DNA of 64,000 nucleotides from Eledone cirrhosa (GCA_964016885.1 OZ024750.1:17980001-18044000); one strand, 5' to 3'. Shown: positions 12,055-25,098, counted from the first letter of the stretch. Notes: generated by a model not told the origin, from the letters alone. Translations and numbers: made by a program.

Positions 12055-14090
12055 TGAGGATCGCAACGTCTTCACAGACGATTGCCGTCTCGTATTGATT
12101 CTTTGTTATGATTCCATCTACATACATGGCTTCGTAGATGACTTTGTAGGCCAGTTGTAGATCTGCATGATTTACGACACAGGTGACAGAAGAGAGTTGT
12201 GCTTTCCACAGGACCGGTGGTGTCATCTTGTGGGACGCAATCTTTATGTACCACCATGTGTCTTTTTAGTCTTGAACTAGTTCTACACACTTTGTTGCAT
12301 ATCATGCACGTTATTTCGTCAGGTCTTTGTTGAGTGGTGTTGCAGATGGTTATCCCTTCAGGTAATTAACATAACCAGCCTTTGAGAGGAGTACACGCTG
12401 ACAGAAATTGCCTGTCCAACTACTGACGACTTCATCAAGACTTGTGAGCACAATCCATCCATAGCTGACACTTTAGTTGTTTATGTTCTAGACAACATTC
12501 CTCAAAAGTTTTGCAACTGCTCTTTATGCACTTCCTCCACTCAGCCCTATTTCGAGCCATCTCATCCCAGTTGTCTATATCAATTGCCTACTCTTTGAGG
12601 TTGTTCTTGATGTTGTCCCTGAGCCTCATTTTCGGTTTGTGTTGAGGTCTTTTTCCAAGATGGAGCTCACCATAAACAGTTACTTTGGGATCCTTCTTTT
12701 TTTCATGCATACGATATGTCCTGTCCAGCACATTTGAGAAGATGTTACTTGGGACTCAATGCTTTGACATTCTGCTTTGATAAGAACATGGATGTCAGGA
12801 GTTCTGTCTTGCCACATGATGTTGAATATGCGCCTTAAACATTTCTACTGAAAAACGCTCAAGCAATTTGGCGTGTTTGCGGAATAGCGTCCAGGTTTTG
12901 GCAGAGTATAAAAGAGCAGACAGAACACATGATCTATACACACACACCTTGGTATTGTTGGTAATGTTCCAATTTGCCAAAACTCTCTTTTCCAATTTTC
13001 CGAAGGCAACAGAGGCCTTCTGGATGCGCAGATGTATTCAGCATCCAAGGAGCCATCATTTGAGAGTGTGCTACCCAAGTAGGCAAATTTCTACTACTCC
13101 CAGTCTGGTTCCATTAACCATGATATTGGGTTCAGTATATGGTTCTCCAGGAGCAGGGGTAAACATTACTTTGGTCTTTTTAAGGCTGATTGCAAAACCA
13201 AATGCTGCACACGAGGATGAGAAATGGTCCATAATGTGTTGCATGTCAGCTTCTGTGTGTGCTAGGAAATCAGCGTCGTCAGCGTAAAGAAGGTCTCTGA
13301 TCAGAGCTTGAAAAGTTTTTGTCTTGGCATTAAACCTTCTTAAGTTGAAAACTTTTCGAGTGGTCCTGAACCGTAAAAGAATGCCTCTGTCACAATCATG
13401 GAAAGTATGTGTGAGCAAGGTAGCAAAGAAGATGGAGAAAAGCGTAGGAGCAGGAATATCACTTTACGTTACCCCATTGTCAATTGGGATTTCCCCAGAT
13501 AGTTTGCCATTGAGCTTTCATATTTCTGTGCAGCTGCTTTAGCATACGCACAAACTTGGGTGGACATCCCACTTTTCCAAGTATTATCCAGAGTGCATCT
13601 CTGTTAACTGTGTCAAAGGCCTTCGTTAGGTCGATAAGACTTGATATAGAAGGACACAATGCTCAATGCATTTTTCTTGTATTTGTCTTAAAGAGAAAAC
13701 ATGTCAACTGTTCCTCTTCCTCTTCTAAAACCACTCAGTGATTCTGGGATAGCTGTAGGACAGATATCCTCCTCCAGTCTGTTGAGCAAAAGTCTTGGAG
13801 AACCTTACCACAACTGCCAACAAAGTGATGTCACAGTAGTTTCCACATATCGATTTTTCACCTTTGCCTTTGTATAAGGATAACAGAATACTGTTGATCT
13901 AGTCTTGCGGAACTGAGGACCCATTCCAGCAATCAATGATGAAGTTGTTTATTGCTTCTGTTACATTCAACCGGCTTTCAACAGTTTGACTGGGATACCA
14001 TCTGGACCTGGTGCCTTGCCAGAGTTAACCTACTTGATTGCCAGCTTTATTCCGTCAGCAGAGGGAAGTCGATCCATACGGTGGACTGTT
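12055..14090 (-). mobile_element. Decayed RTE-clade LINE (RT domain to zinc-finger C-terminus)
   Basis: Frameshifted pieces LTKAFDTVNR, LLYADDADFLAHTEADMQHIMDHFSSSCAAFGFAISLKKTKVM, LLYSAKTWT and two C2H2 fingers at 12072-12305. Confidence 0.9.
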
Positions 14091-14492
14091 TCACTTACAT
14101 ACATGCATACATGGTGGCTGCCAACTCGTTTTCGAGTACGGCCACTACTTTATATCCATGTAGGAGAACCCCTACTGATGTGCTAAACGAGTGTGACTTT
14201 TTAGTCCAGCCAGCGACTTGAAAACTCTGGTACAAACACTACACTTGTGACAATTATTGACACATAGTGCTAGGCCCTTGGTACCATACATACATACATA
14301 CATACATACATACATACATACATACATACATACATACATACATACATACATACATACATACATACATACATTTATATGATAAATAATAGTTGAGAATATT
14401 TGTTAAAATAACACTGAAGAGTTGCCATCGAGTAATCAAACCTACAATATCTTGAATACTGTTGATTTTTCTGTTTATATATTATTTCACAG

Positions 14493-14549
14493 CTAAGTGC
14501 TGAGCAGCTTGTCAAAGGTACCAGTTTTTCTCCCGTCACCGCCAGAAGG
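14493..14549 (+). CDS. Micro-exon 5 (57 nt): LSAEQLVKGTSFSPVTARR
   Basis: ttttctgtttatatattatttcacAG ... GTaattatt; flanks duplicate those of exon 4. Confidence 0.85.
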
Positions 14550-15330
14550 GTAATTATTAACAAGTTTTTGAATTGCCATATTTTACGTTTAGTTTGGAAA
14601 AATAATGTACCTATGAGTATTATAATACCTACATGATGGCTGCAAACTCATGTTTGAGTATTGCCATCGCCTGATAAAATGTTCAGAAATGTGAGTCACA
14701 AATATGGTTCTTTAAATCAGCCAAAGACTTGCACACTCTGGCACATACATGGCAACTGTAGACTCCTCCAGGACTTTCCATTGCTTTGTTCTGGTTGTGT
14801 GTTCTCATATGTCTTTTGAGGCCTCCCATGCTAGCACATTCCTTACACCTTTTCAGATCATAATCTACATGATGTCTACTGATATGACTTTGTTTGTGTC
14901 TAGTCAAACCAGCTTTGTCAGGTGTGTATGGATGTTATTGTATGTGTGGATGTGTATGTTTTTGAGTTGTATGTGTGCATGTGCATATGCTTTTTATCTG
15001 TACAAGTGTGTATGCAGTTTTTTAGATGTATATATGTATGTATGTTCTGGTTTTATAATTTCACAAATTTTTGAAAATATATGTTTGTTTCTCTTTCTCT
15101 TAATTTCGAGTACATTTTTGACTGGCCACCTTCCTGGTGGCAAGGTTGTAAAAGAAAAGAAATTGTCATCCCTTGAATCGCAAGAATGTTTTGCAAATTT
15201 TTACATTTGACAACTGTTGTAGAATCCACGTCATGAGCTTCCAGGTCTTTTCGAATTTTCAAAACAAATTGCCATGCAACTTTAAGGCAAATATTTTCAT
15301 TTGTTGAGTTAGCTTGGTGTTTATCATTAT

Positions 15331-15510
15331 ATTGGCAGTATTGGTAGAGGGTCGGACGCCATGCTTTCCAGCGTAGTTACGTCCCTTTACGATCTGAGTT
15401 CAAATCCCGCCGAGGTTAACTTTGCCTTTCATCCTTACGGGGTCGATAAAATAAAGTACCAGTAATACACTGGGTAATTGCTGGCCTTGTGCCAAAAGTA
15501 GAAACAATTA
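15331..15510 (+). mobile_element. OR-type SINE copy
   Basis: Same consensus as 1502-1692. Further + copies at about 22175, 24350, 27155, 38654, 38864, 42955, 45955, 46183, 47665, 49000, 49110, 49500, 52107, 55510 and 56865. Confidence 0.85.
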
Positions 15511-15819
15511 TCTATATGAAAAGAAATGATAATCAAAACAAGGTAGAGCTATTAAATGACATTGTACCAGTAATACACTGGGTAATTGCTGGCCTTGTGC
15601 CAAAAGTAGAAACAATTATCTACATGAAAAGAAATGATAATCAAAACAAGGTAGAAAAAAGTTAGAGCTATTACATGACATTGCTTCAAAGAACTGAGCA
15701 ACTCTGTATATGCATACCACCACCACTACCACTGTCACCACCACCACTGCCAGTCACCACCACCACTGCCACTGTCACCACCACCACTGTCACTGTCACC
15801 ACCACCACTGTCACTGTCA

Positions 15820-16070
15820 CACTCCATAACAACACATCACCTGCTATTTCTTCCTTGCTGCGCCAACAGTGGCCAGCAAATCTGAGTCTCTGTCCACGTA
15901 TTGACTTGCTGATAGGTGGTATATTGCCATAGAGATCCTTATTTGTTGGGTGTTCCCTCCAAGACACATTTAAAGCAGCGCGGAGCATACGTGTGTATGC
16001 CCCGTCTAGCTTTTTCTCCAGTTTTGACGTTAGCGTCCAAGTGACAGAGCCATAAACAAGCACAGATTCT
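15820..16070 (-). mobile_element. RTE-clade LINE fragment
   Basis: LVYGSVTWTLTSKLEKKLDGAYTRMLRAALNVSWREHPTNKDLYG..RLRFAGHCWR. Confidence 0.85.
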
Positions 16071-16202
16071 TCTACTGTTCGTTTGCTTTCGCTTTCTAAT
16101 TTCTTTTATTGTTTATTTTTAGTTTGCTATCACTATTTTTTCGTCTTCTCCTTCAAATCGTGCAAATACTTCAGATTAATTTATATATAAATTATTTCAC
16201 AG

Positions 16203-16253
16203 AGAAGAAGTGTCCAATTTGACGAAACTAAACAGGACAGCCTATCTGAACTG
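16203..16253 (+). CDS. Micro-exon 6 (51 nt): RRSVQFDETKQDSLSEL
   Basis: attatttcacAG ... GTaattatt; paralogous to exon 2 (K/R-K/R-SVQF). Confidence 0.8.
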
Positions 16254-16290
16254 GTAATTATTAATGCTATGTTTTTTCGTATTACCTTAG

Positions 16291-16344
<54 letters not shown>

Positions 16345-16366
16345 CCATATTTATTTTTTGATACCC

Positions 16367-16417
16367 AGATTCCTGATGATTTCTAAAGAATGAAACAGTT
16401 CTAGTCCTGTAGAATCT
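16367..16417 (+). ncRNA. Type I hammerhead ribozyme (Penelope pLTR type)
   Basis: Stem I agattc/gaatct; core CTGATGA; short stem II ttc/gaa; GAAA; stem III cag/ctg with a ctag palindrome in the loop; cleavage triplet GTA. Confidence 0.75.
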
Positions 16418-16429
16418 CATCTATATTAA

Positions 16430-16568
<139 letters not shown>

Positions 16569-16614
16569 GTGTGTGTATGCACATGTATGTGTGTATGTGC
16601 GTGTGTATGTATGT

Positions 16615-16663
<49 letters not shown>

Positions 16664-16684
16664 TGAAGGAATGTGGCTGAGTGG

Positions 16685-16727
<43 letters not shown>

Positions 16728-17123
16728 CATAATCGGAGAAACCTAATAGCGATACTCCGGCCAATATATATATATATATAAATATATAGTGACGGTGTGT
16801 GGCTCAGTGGTTATAGAGAATTGGATTTGCAATCATGAGGTTGTATATGCATACTGTATGGCATATATACATGATATACTTGCTTGCTCCATCCCTTTAT
16901 ATATGACTAACGCATATACTATCTCTTTAATTTAATTATTAAACTGTTCTCTTGTATTATCTGTATTATCTGCCACCATATGCTTTTAATCTTGTTTTTG
17001 AATTTAAATTTAATTTTGATTTTAATTTTAATCTTAATTTGAATTATTGTACAAATATATTTATTATAATATATGTCGCATCAATCCCACACTGTAAACA
17101 TGAAACTGTTGTACACAACATCA

Positions 17124-17155
<32 letters not shown>

Positions 17156-17218
17156 ATATGTATCTGTATGTTTCTTCGGTTGAGTAGGAGGCCAATTATA
17201 TGTACAAACATTAAAAAT

Positions 17219-17263
17219 GCTCTGAAGATTCCAAGCCTAGGTTTGGAAGAAACAATTGTCAGC
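17219..17263 (+). ncRNA. Type I hammerhead ribozyme
   Basis: gct-CTGAAGA-ttccaagc(ctag)gtttggaa-GAAA-caattg-TC-agc: palindromic stem III and GTC cleavage site. Confidence 0.75.
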
Positions 17264-17312
17264 GAATAAATGTTTTAACATAACTTTGATTATTGTGTAT
17301 TCAATATATACA

Positions 17313-17343
<31 letters not shown>

Positions 17344-17406
17344 CATCATTATCATCATCATCATCATCATCATCATATATATATATATATAAAGAGATGA
17401 TTACTA

Positions 17407-17504
<98 letters not shown>

Positions 17505-17548
17505 TTATCTTAATACTATAGAATTGTCTTTTATGTATTATTTCACAG

Positions 17549-17605
17549 TACGATAGTGATACACCTATCAACCAATTCCTCATTAATATCACCGAAGCTG
17601 ACCGG
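17549..17605 (+). CDS. Micro-exon 7 (57 nt): YDSDTPINQFLINITEADR
   Basis: tatgtattatttcacAG ... GTaagt plus cassette flanks. Confidence 0.85.
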
Positions 17606-18635
17606 GTAAGTGCCTTCTGTTTGTATTTTCTTATTAGTCCTCTACATTTGGAACAATAACATTTCTATGTCGATTATCATTTCAAGGTTTTCTTGGTCTT
17701 ATCTTCTTAATGAGATGGTGATAGTGGTGTGTTGTTTCTCAGTTTTCTATATATAAATTTCTGCGATTCTGTCACGACACGTAAAGAGGGAGGAGCAGTT
17801 TTGACTACCTCATACTACTCCTCTCTCTATACAGCTGCCTGCCTGCGTGAATGTATATGTGTGTAAAAGGAAGGAAGGGAATGGTGAAAAATATACGGTG
17901 TGTGTGAGTGAATGTGTATGTGTATGTTTTTGTAAATGTATGTGTGTGTTTGTGTAAATGTATGTGTGTGTTTGTGTGAATGTATATGTGTGTATGAATG
18001 TATGTCTGTGGGTGTGTATTTTTGTAAGTGTGTCTGCTGTGTTTGCGCATTTATATTTATATACTCATACATATAAATGTATGCATAAGCACATACACAC
18101 ACGAACACACATATACACATACACGTCAGTGTACGGAAAAACATTCTAGTATTATAAATATCAAGTCATTGTGAGAATGATGTCATAAATTATAAAGTCT
18201 TTATCACCTGACATAAAATATTTCTTCATGCAGGACTTATGATTACTTTCATTGTTTAATTCATAAGACACGAATATTCTATTGATTTCGCAGTTGTATT
18301 TTTTTCTTGACTTACAAAACAAAATTTAAAACAACTAATGCAGCACAATAAAAATGTCTATCATCATCATTGTTTCACGTCCATCTTCCAAGCTAGTCTG
18401 TTAGTTGGGAATAATAAAAACCCTCTGAATGGAAAAAAAAAAAAGGATGAATATTGATGTACATGGCACACAAACTCATATCTTTGGTTTGCCCGACCAA
18501 TGTGTTACCGTTACACCAATACGCCACCCATGCTTCCTCCCATTCAATTAGAAGCTTTATAACCATAGCAGGTATATAAGCGTATATAAATAGGGAGACA
18601 CAAAACAGATTTTGTTTACAAACGGCTAGCGAATT

Positions 18636-18780
18636 TGAAAATTAGGTAGCAACATGTGCTTACGCCGTATTTGACTACATAGAATTAGTTTGTAAGTTAG
18701 GATTTAAAAAACCCCTCTAAACAGACTAATTCTATGTAGTCAAATACGGCGTAAGTACATGTAACTACATAATTTTCAAA
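18636..18780. repeat. About 60-bp inverted repeat (hairpin)
   Basis: cttacgccgtatttgactacatagaattagt versus actaattctatgtagtcaaatacggcgtaag. Confidence 0.8.
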
Positions 18781-19022
18781 TATATGTATATATAGAAAAA
18801 GATCTAACATTTCTGACATTAGTTCTTCGTCAGAAAATAGAATGAGAAATTAAAGAAGAAATAAGAAATAGAAAGATAGGGGAGACTGGGCAGTGACAGA
18901 AACGAAAAGAAGAATTTCTAGTAAAAAAAACAGATCTATTCATGTCGCCATGTATACTTACCATATATGTGTGTGTGTTCTCTTAATAATTTAGAATTTT
19001 CTGTTTATGTAATATTTCACAG

Positions 19023-19079
19023 GAAGAAAGTCTCCAAGTTAGTGAACGTGCCATTCAGGGTCCCGCCGACACCGACATG
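19023..19079 (+). CDS. Micro-exon 8 (57 nt): EESLQVSERAIQGPADTDM
   Basis: ttttctgtttatgtaatatttcacAG ... GTaagt. Confidence 0.9.
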
Positions 19080-20866
19080 GTAAGTATTATCTTCTGTTTG
19101 TATAGTACCAGTAATGCACTGGAATAATTGCTGGCCTTGTGCCAAAAGTAGAAACAATTATTAGTCATTTCCGCATAGTTTGGAGCAATACCATACATTC
19201 CTATGTCTAATTCAAGGTTTTCTTCGTCTTATCATCTTAATAAGATGATGATAGTGGCATACTGTTCCTCGGTTTTGTCATAGATACCAAGAGATCACGG
19301 GAATAATGTTGTAAATTATAAAATCAACCTCAGCGGATTTAAAATTGCTATTGGTTACTTTCATTGTTTAATTCATACGACACAAAGACTCATTCTCTCT
19401 TATATACACATATATACACCATGTCCAAACACGAAAGAACCAAACTCCTACTGTCACTGCTTCCATCTCTCGCGCTCTCCACATCTCTCGTGCAATGCCT
19501 GTGCGTCAAGATTTTTTCTAAAGGGAAGAAAGACTGTGCACTGAGCCAATCCCACTCTCTGAGCGACAGTAGCTATAACCAGAGAAGAAGAAAAGATCAA
19601 CATCATCGGTAACTACTGAGCCGCAGGTTTTATATCGGAGTTATCCCAGTTTCCTGAGTTGCCTTCTCCTAGAAGAATGCCCTGACAAAGGCTAGGGGTC
19701 CTTCACTCCCAGTGGTTTAACCGCGCGATCGGGTATCCAGCCTGACTATTTCTATGTCCCCGTGCATATACATACACATACATATGTACCCATGTGTATA
19801 CACATATACATACACATACATATGTACATGTATATACACATATACATACACATACATATGTACATGCGTATTTACATAATTACACATTTTTGGATAGCTG
19901 TTGGCTCTTATGAGTTCTTCCACCCTTTGTCAGGTTTTGTTTTTTGTCTTGCAGGGTGTCGGGTGTCCAAAATCACCCTCCTCACCAAGGAAACTTGGTG
20001 GGGTTGCCGATTAAGTTGCTGACGACCCAACCATGTGACAGGTTGTACTGGGTTACATGTTACCAGTAGCACTCAAAAGTGACCCGACATATACATACAT
20101 ACATACACCTTGGCTGCCAACTCGTTTTCGAGTACGGCGACTACTTTATATCCATGTAGGAGAACCCCTACCGATGCGCTGAACGACTGTGACTTTTTAG
20201 TCCAGCCAGCGACTTGAAAACTCTGCTACAAACACTACACTTGTGACAATTATTGACACAGTGCTGGGTCCATGGTACCATGTGACGACAAGTGCAGAGA
20301 GATCTCCAGATATAAAGCAATGCCTGTGCCGTGAAGCTTTTATAGTGAGCAAAGGCACTGCACAAAGCCAGTCCCACTCTCTTAACCAAGATGATATTTA
20401 CCAAAAAGAAGAACAAGTCAACATCATTGGATACCATCAGGGTTGCAGGTGTTATATCAGAGTTTTCCTTCTAGAATTCTGCCTTGACAAAGGCTAAGGG
20501 GTCATCTCTCCCGGTGATTTTGGATGGCCATTGACTCTAAAGAGCTCCTTTGCCCTATGACAGGTTTTGTTTTTAGTCCTGCAGGATGTCCAAAGTCACC
20601 CTCCTCACCAAGAAACCTTGGTGGGGTTGCCAGTTTAGTCGCCAACGACCCGACCATGAGACAGGTTGCACTGGGATACATGTTACCAGTAGCACCAACT
20701 GGTGACCTGACATACACACATACATACACACATACATACACACATACATACACACATACATACATACATACATACATACATACATACATACACACATACA
20801 TACACACATACATACATACATACATACATACATACATACATACATACATACATACATACAAATACA

Positions 20867-20897
<31 letters not shown>

Positions 20898-20944
20898 TGT
20901 TACTTTAATAATAATGTATTGTCTATTTATGTATTATTTCATAG

Positions 20945-22084
20945 GAAGAAAGTGCTCCCGGCATTCCTGGCGCAGCCGGCGCTGATGGTGTCCCCGGTGC
21001 ACCTGGTGCTCCCAGCGCTGATGGTGTTTCCGGTGCACCTGGTGCTCCCAGCGCTGATGGTGTCCCCGGTGCACCTGGTGCTCCCAGCGCTGATGGTCTT
21101 CCCGGTGCACCTGGTGCTCCCAGCGCTGATGGTGTCCCCGGTGCACCTGGTGCTCTCAGCGCTGATGGTGTCCCCGGTGCACCTGGTGCTCCCAGCGCTG
21201 ATGGTGTCCCCGGTGCACCTGGTGCTCCCAGCGCTGATGGTTTTCCCGGTGCACCTGGTGCTCCCAGCGCTGATGGTGTCCCCGGTGCACCCGGTGCTCC
21301 CAGCGCTGATGGTGTCCCCGGTGCACCTGGTGCTCCCAGCGCTGATGGTGTCCCCGGTGCACCCGGTGCTCCCAGCGCTGATGGCGTTCCCGGTGCACCC
21401 GGTGCTCCCAGCGCTGATGGTGTTCCCGGTGCACCCGGTGCTCCCAGCGCTGATGGTGTTCCCGGTGCACCTGGTGCTCCCAGCGCTGATGGTGTTCCCG
21501 GTGCACCCGGTGCTCCCAGCGCAGATGGTGTTCCCGGTGCACCTGTTGCTCCTGGTGCACTTGGTGCTCCCGGCTTTCGCGGTTCTTCCGGCGATCTCGG
21601 CGTTAGCAGAGTTCATGGTGCACTCGGGGCTCCTGGTGCACCTGGCGCTCCCGGCGCTCCCGGAGGTCCCAGCGTTCCTGGCGCTCTCGGCGCTCCCGGC
21701 GTTCCTGGCGCTCCCGGCGTTCCTGGCGCTCCCGGCGTTCCTGGCGCTCCCGGCGTTCCTGGCGCTCCCGGCGGTCCCAGTGTTCCTGGCGCTCCCGGCT
21801 ATCCCGACGCTGCTGGCGCTCTCGGCGCTCCCGGCGTTCTTGGTGCTCCTGGCGGTCCCAGCGTTCCTGGCGCTCCCGACGCTGCTGGCGCTCTCGGCGC
21901 TCCCGGCGTTCCTGGCGGTCCCAGCTATCCCGGCGCTCCCGGCTATCCCGGCGCTCCCGGCGCTCCCAGCATTCCCGGCGCTCCCAGCGTTCCTGGCGCT
22001 CCCGGCGCTCCTGGCGTTCCTGGCGCTCCCAGCCTTCCTGGCGCTCCCGGCGCTCCCAGCGACCAGCCCACTGACGTCGGAAAG
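20945..22084 (+). CDS. Exon 9 (1140 nt, 380 aa, phase 0): collagen-like Gly-X-Pro repeat, EESAPGIPGAAGAD(GVPGAPGAPSAD)n...GAPGAPSDQPTDVGK
   Basis: tatgtattatttcatAG at 20944 and GTaattatc at 22085. The length is a multiple of 3 with no stop seen. About 15 copies of a 36-nt unit are followed by 9-nt units. This frame is absent from the ORF track because it lacks a start codon. Confidence 0.9.
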
Positions 22085-22380
22085 GTAATTATCATCATCT
22101 ATTCCTGTTACCATTTTACTCTTTCACATTTAGCTTGCAACCCTAACCTTCCTATATTAATTACTATTTCAACGTTACGACCCTTTATGGTCTGAGTTCA
22201 AATCCCGCCGAGGCTAACTTTGCCTCTCATGCTTACGGGGGTCGATAAAATAAAGTACCAGTAATATACTGGGATAATTGCTGGCCTTGTGCCAAAAGTA
22301 GAAACAATTATTTACTATTTCAAGATTCTTTTGTCACATCCTCTTAATGAAATGACGACAGTGGAGTGTTATTGCACCCT

Positions 22381-23020
22381 TCATAAGTAGTGATGGGTCA
22401 TGAGAATGGTGTGGTCACTTTCATAAGTAGTGATGGGTCATGAGAATGGTGTTGTCACTTTCATAAGTAGTAATGGGTCATGAGAATGGTGTGGTCACTT
22501 TCATAAGTAGTGATGGGTCATGAGAATGGTGTGGTCACTTTCATAAGTAGTAATGGGTCATAAGAATGGTGTGGTCACTTTCATAAGTAGTAATGGGTCA
22601 TGAGAATGGTGTGGTCACTTTCATAAGTAGTGATGGGTCATGAGAATGGAGTGGTCACTTTCATAAGTAGTAATGGGTCATGAGAATGGTGTGGTCACTT
22701 TCATAAGTAGTGATGGGTCATGAGAATGGAGTGGTCACTTTCATAAGTAGTAATGGGTCATGAGAATGGTGTGGTCACTTTCATAAGTAGTAATGGGTCA
22801 TGAGAATGGTGTGGTCACTTTCATAAGTAGTGATGGGTCATGAGAATGGAGTGGTCACTTTCATAAGTAGTGATGGGTCATGAGAATGGTGTGGTCACTT
22901 TCATAAGTAGTGATGGGTCATGAGAATGGTGTGATCACTTTCATAAGTAGTAATGGGTCATGAGAATGGTGTGGTCACTTTCATAAGTAGTAATGGGTCA
23001 TGAGAATGGTGTGGTCACTT
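22381..23020. repeat. 40-bp minisatellite, 16 copies
   Basis: tcataagtagt(g/a)atgggtcatgagaatggtgtggtcactt repeated without spacers. Confidence 0.97.
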
Positions 23021-23538
23021 ATGAAATCTTCATCATATGAAGACGCTAAACTTCTGGTAAATTTCATTGTTTAATTTATAAGGCCCGAATGTTGTGCTGA
23101 TTTTTGCGTTTATTTTGTTATAAATAAACTAACAGAAAAGCCGCCCTTATTATCTTTATTAGTCTTTTACCTATAGTCTGTAACAATAATGCTTGTATGT
23201 TAATTATGATTTCAATGGTTTCTTGGTCTCATTTTCTTAATGAAATGACGAAAGTGCCGTGTTGTTCCTGCGTTTTGGTTATATGTAGCAAGGGATCGTG
23301 AGATTGATGTTGTAAATTTCTTCGTGCTGGGCGTGAAACTAACCTCAGGTGTACTTGGACCTCGTACAGTCGAACACCTCCACAAGATCGGAACATCGGC
23401 GACCCATCGGAGGAAGAAGCCCTGCGAGGTGGGGTGGCTGTTTTGCGGGCTTGTCCTCCAGGTGCAGCCCTTTCACCGCTGCACCTTAGGCCCAGAGCAC
23501 AATATATATAAGTTGATGATGATAATGCACACACACAT

Positions 23539-23581
<43 letters not shown>

Positions 23582-23644
23582 AACATACATATATGTATAT
23601 AAACTTATTACTATAGAATTTTCTGTTAATGTATTATTTCACAG

Positions 23645-23677
23645 GGAAAAATGTTCCAAATTCCTGACGCCGGCATG
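23645..23677 (+). CDS. Micro-exon 10 (33 nt): GKMFQIPDAGM
   Basis: ctatagaattttctgttaatgtattatttcacAG ... GTattatc. Confidence 0.8.
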
Positions 23678-23766
23678 GTATTATCATCTTTTTGTATTGT
23701 TGACTTATTATATGTTTACGTATATATGTATATATATGTGTATATATATATATATGTATATATTAC

Positions 23767-23818
<52 letters not shown>

Positions 23819-23944
23819 TTTGATCATGCTTTATTTTTATTTTTATCTTTATTTTTTATTTTTTCATTTGCACCGTTTCCTTTCGCTATATGTCTCTCCA
23901 CCACTCCCCTACACACCCTTTGAACTCTGTTCCCACACACTTCT

Positions 23945-23980
23945 CACCTGAGGAAGGGCTTATGCCCGAAACGTCGTCCC
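23945..23980 (+). ncRNA. Hammerhead-like core in Penelope-type pLTR fragment
   Basis: CTGAGGA-a-gggc(ttat)gccc-GAAA-cgtc-GTC followed by aataaa; stem I is weak. Confidence 0.55.
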
Positions 23981-24067
23981 CCACCAACACCCCACTCTCC
24001 AGAGCGTGAAATTAATAAACATTCGTTGTACTGCCTCTCTGTTTTGTCCCTGTTCAAATTTTTCCAT

Positions 24068-24100
<33 letters not shown>

Positions 24101-24837
24101 ATGTGTGTGTGTGTGTGTGTGTTAGGTAATTCCGAAGGTAAAGCAAACGGAAAGAGAGTGCTCTACGTATAGAACAGAGCTATATAATTAGGAAGTGAAT
24201 AACACAAAATATAACTAAATGTCTGACGACCGATCCAGGCGTATATTAATATTGTCAGTGTGGGTGTGTACACGCGTGTGCTTGTACGTGTATGTATGTG
24301 GCTGCGCATGTATGTGTGTGTGTATGTTTCATTAATTATGTGGGAATTGAATTGGCAGTATTGGTAGAGGGTCGGACGCCATGCTTTGACGCATAGAGTT
24401 ACGGCCCTTGCCATTCTGAGTTCAAATCCCGCCGAAGTTAACTTTACCTTTTATCCTTACGGGGGTCGATAAAATAAAGTACCAGTAATGCACTGGGATA
24501 ATTGCTGGCCTTGTGCCAATAGTAGAAACAATTAATTATGTGGGAATGGATGGGAAAGACTGTGATTTTGTAGCAGCGGGGGAAAATTTGGCTTAGTTGA
24601 AGAATTAACAAGGGAAAATGGAATGTATATTTTGCTGTGTCATCTCGATTTATTGGGGAAAGGGGGTATGTGTTGTGTGTGTATGCGTGGTGTTCACCAT
24701 CTCTGCATTTGAAGAGCTCAGAGAACAGACCCACATACAAGCATAGAAAATGTCACATACATACATAGGCACCCGCAGCATTTCAACACACACAACCACA
24801 ATCTATACACACACACACACAAACATATACATATATA

Positions 24838-25005
24838 CCGTATTTCCCGGCGCCGAAGACGCTTCGTCCTCGAGAATGCACCCTAATTTTGACAACCAAA
24901 AATTTGAAAAAAAATAATAAACAACCTTTGGCCTCCAGGATGTATGCTAGATTTTTGAGACTTACTTTAGGTAAAAAGTAGTGTCTTCGACGCTGGGAAA
25001 TTTGG
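24838..25005. mobile_element. Tc1/mariner-pogo type MITE
   Basis: TA-flanked imperfect TIRs ccgtatttcccggcgccgaagac / gtcttcgacgctgggaaatttgg. Confidence 0.7.
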
Positions 25006-25044
25006 TATATATAATAGAGAAGTTTCTGTTTCCATATTTCACAG

Positions 25045-25098
25045 CAAGCAAGAGGTTCCAGGGATCAACTCACCGATCAACCCAGTGATGCCGACATG
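25045..25098 (+). CDS. Micro-exon 11 (54 nt): QARGSRDQLTDQPSDADM
   Basis: atatttcacAG ... GTaattattatc. Confidence 0.85.

Noticed and set aside
20919-22114. ORF-track proteins of 389 aa (+, LVLPALMV repeats) and 391 aa (-, SAGSTRCTG repeats)
   Set aside because: Alternative frames of a GC-rich 9/36-nt repeat. The splice sites, phase 0 and terminal homology to neighbouring exons support the Gly-X-Pro frame instead.
22381-23020. CRISPR-like appearance of the 40-bp repeat and of the constant-flank/variable-insert cassettes
   Set aside because: The 40-bp units have no spacers. The cassettes are kilobases apart and bounded by AG/GT. The context is eukaryotic with no cas genes.
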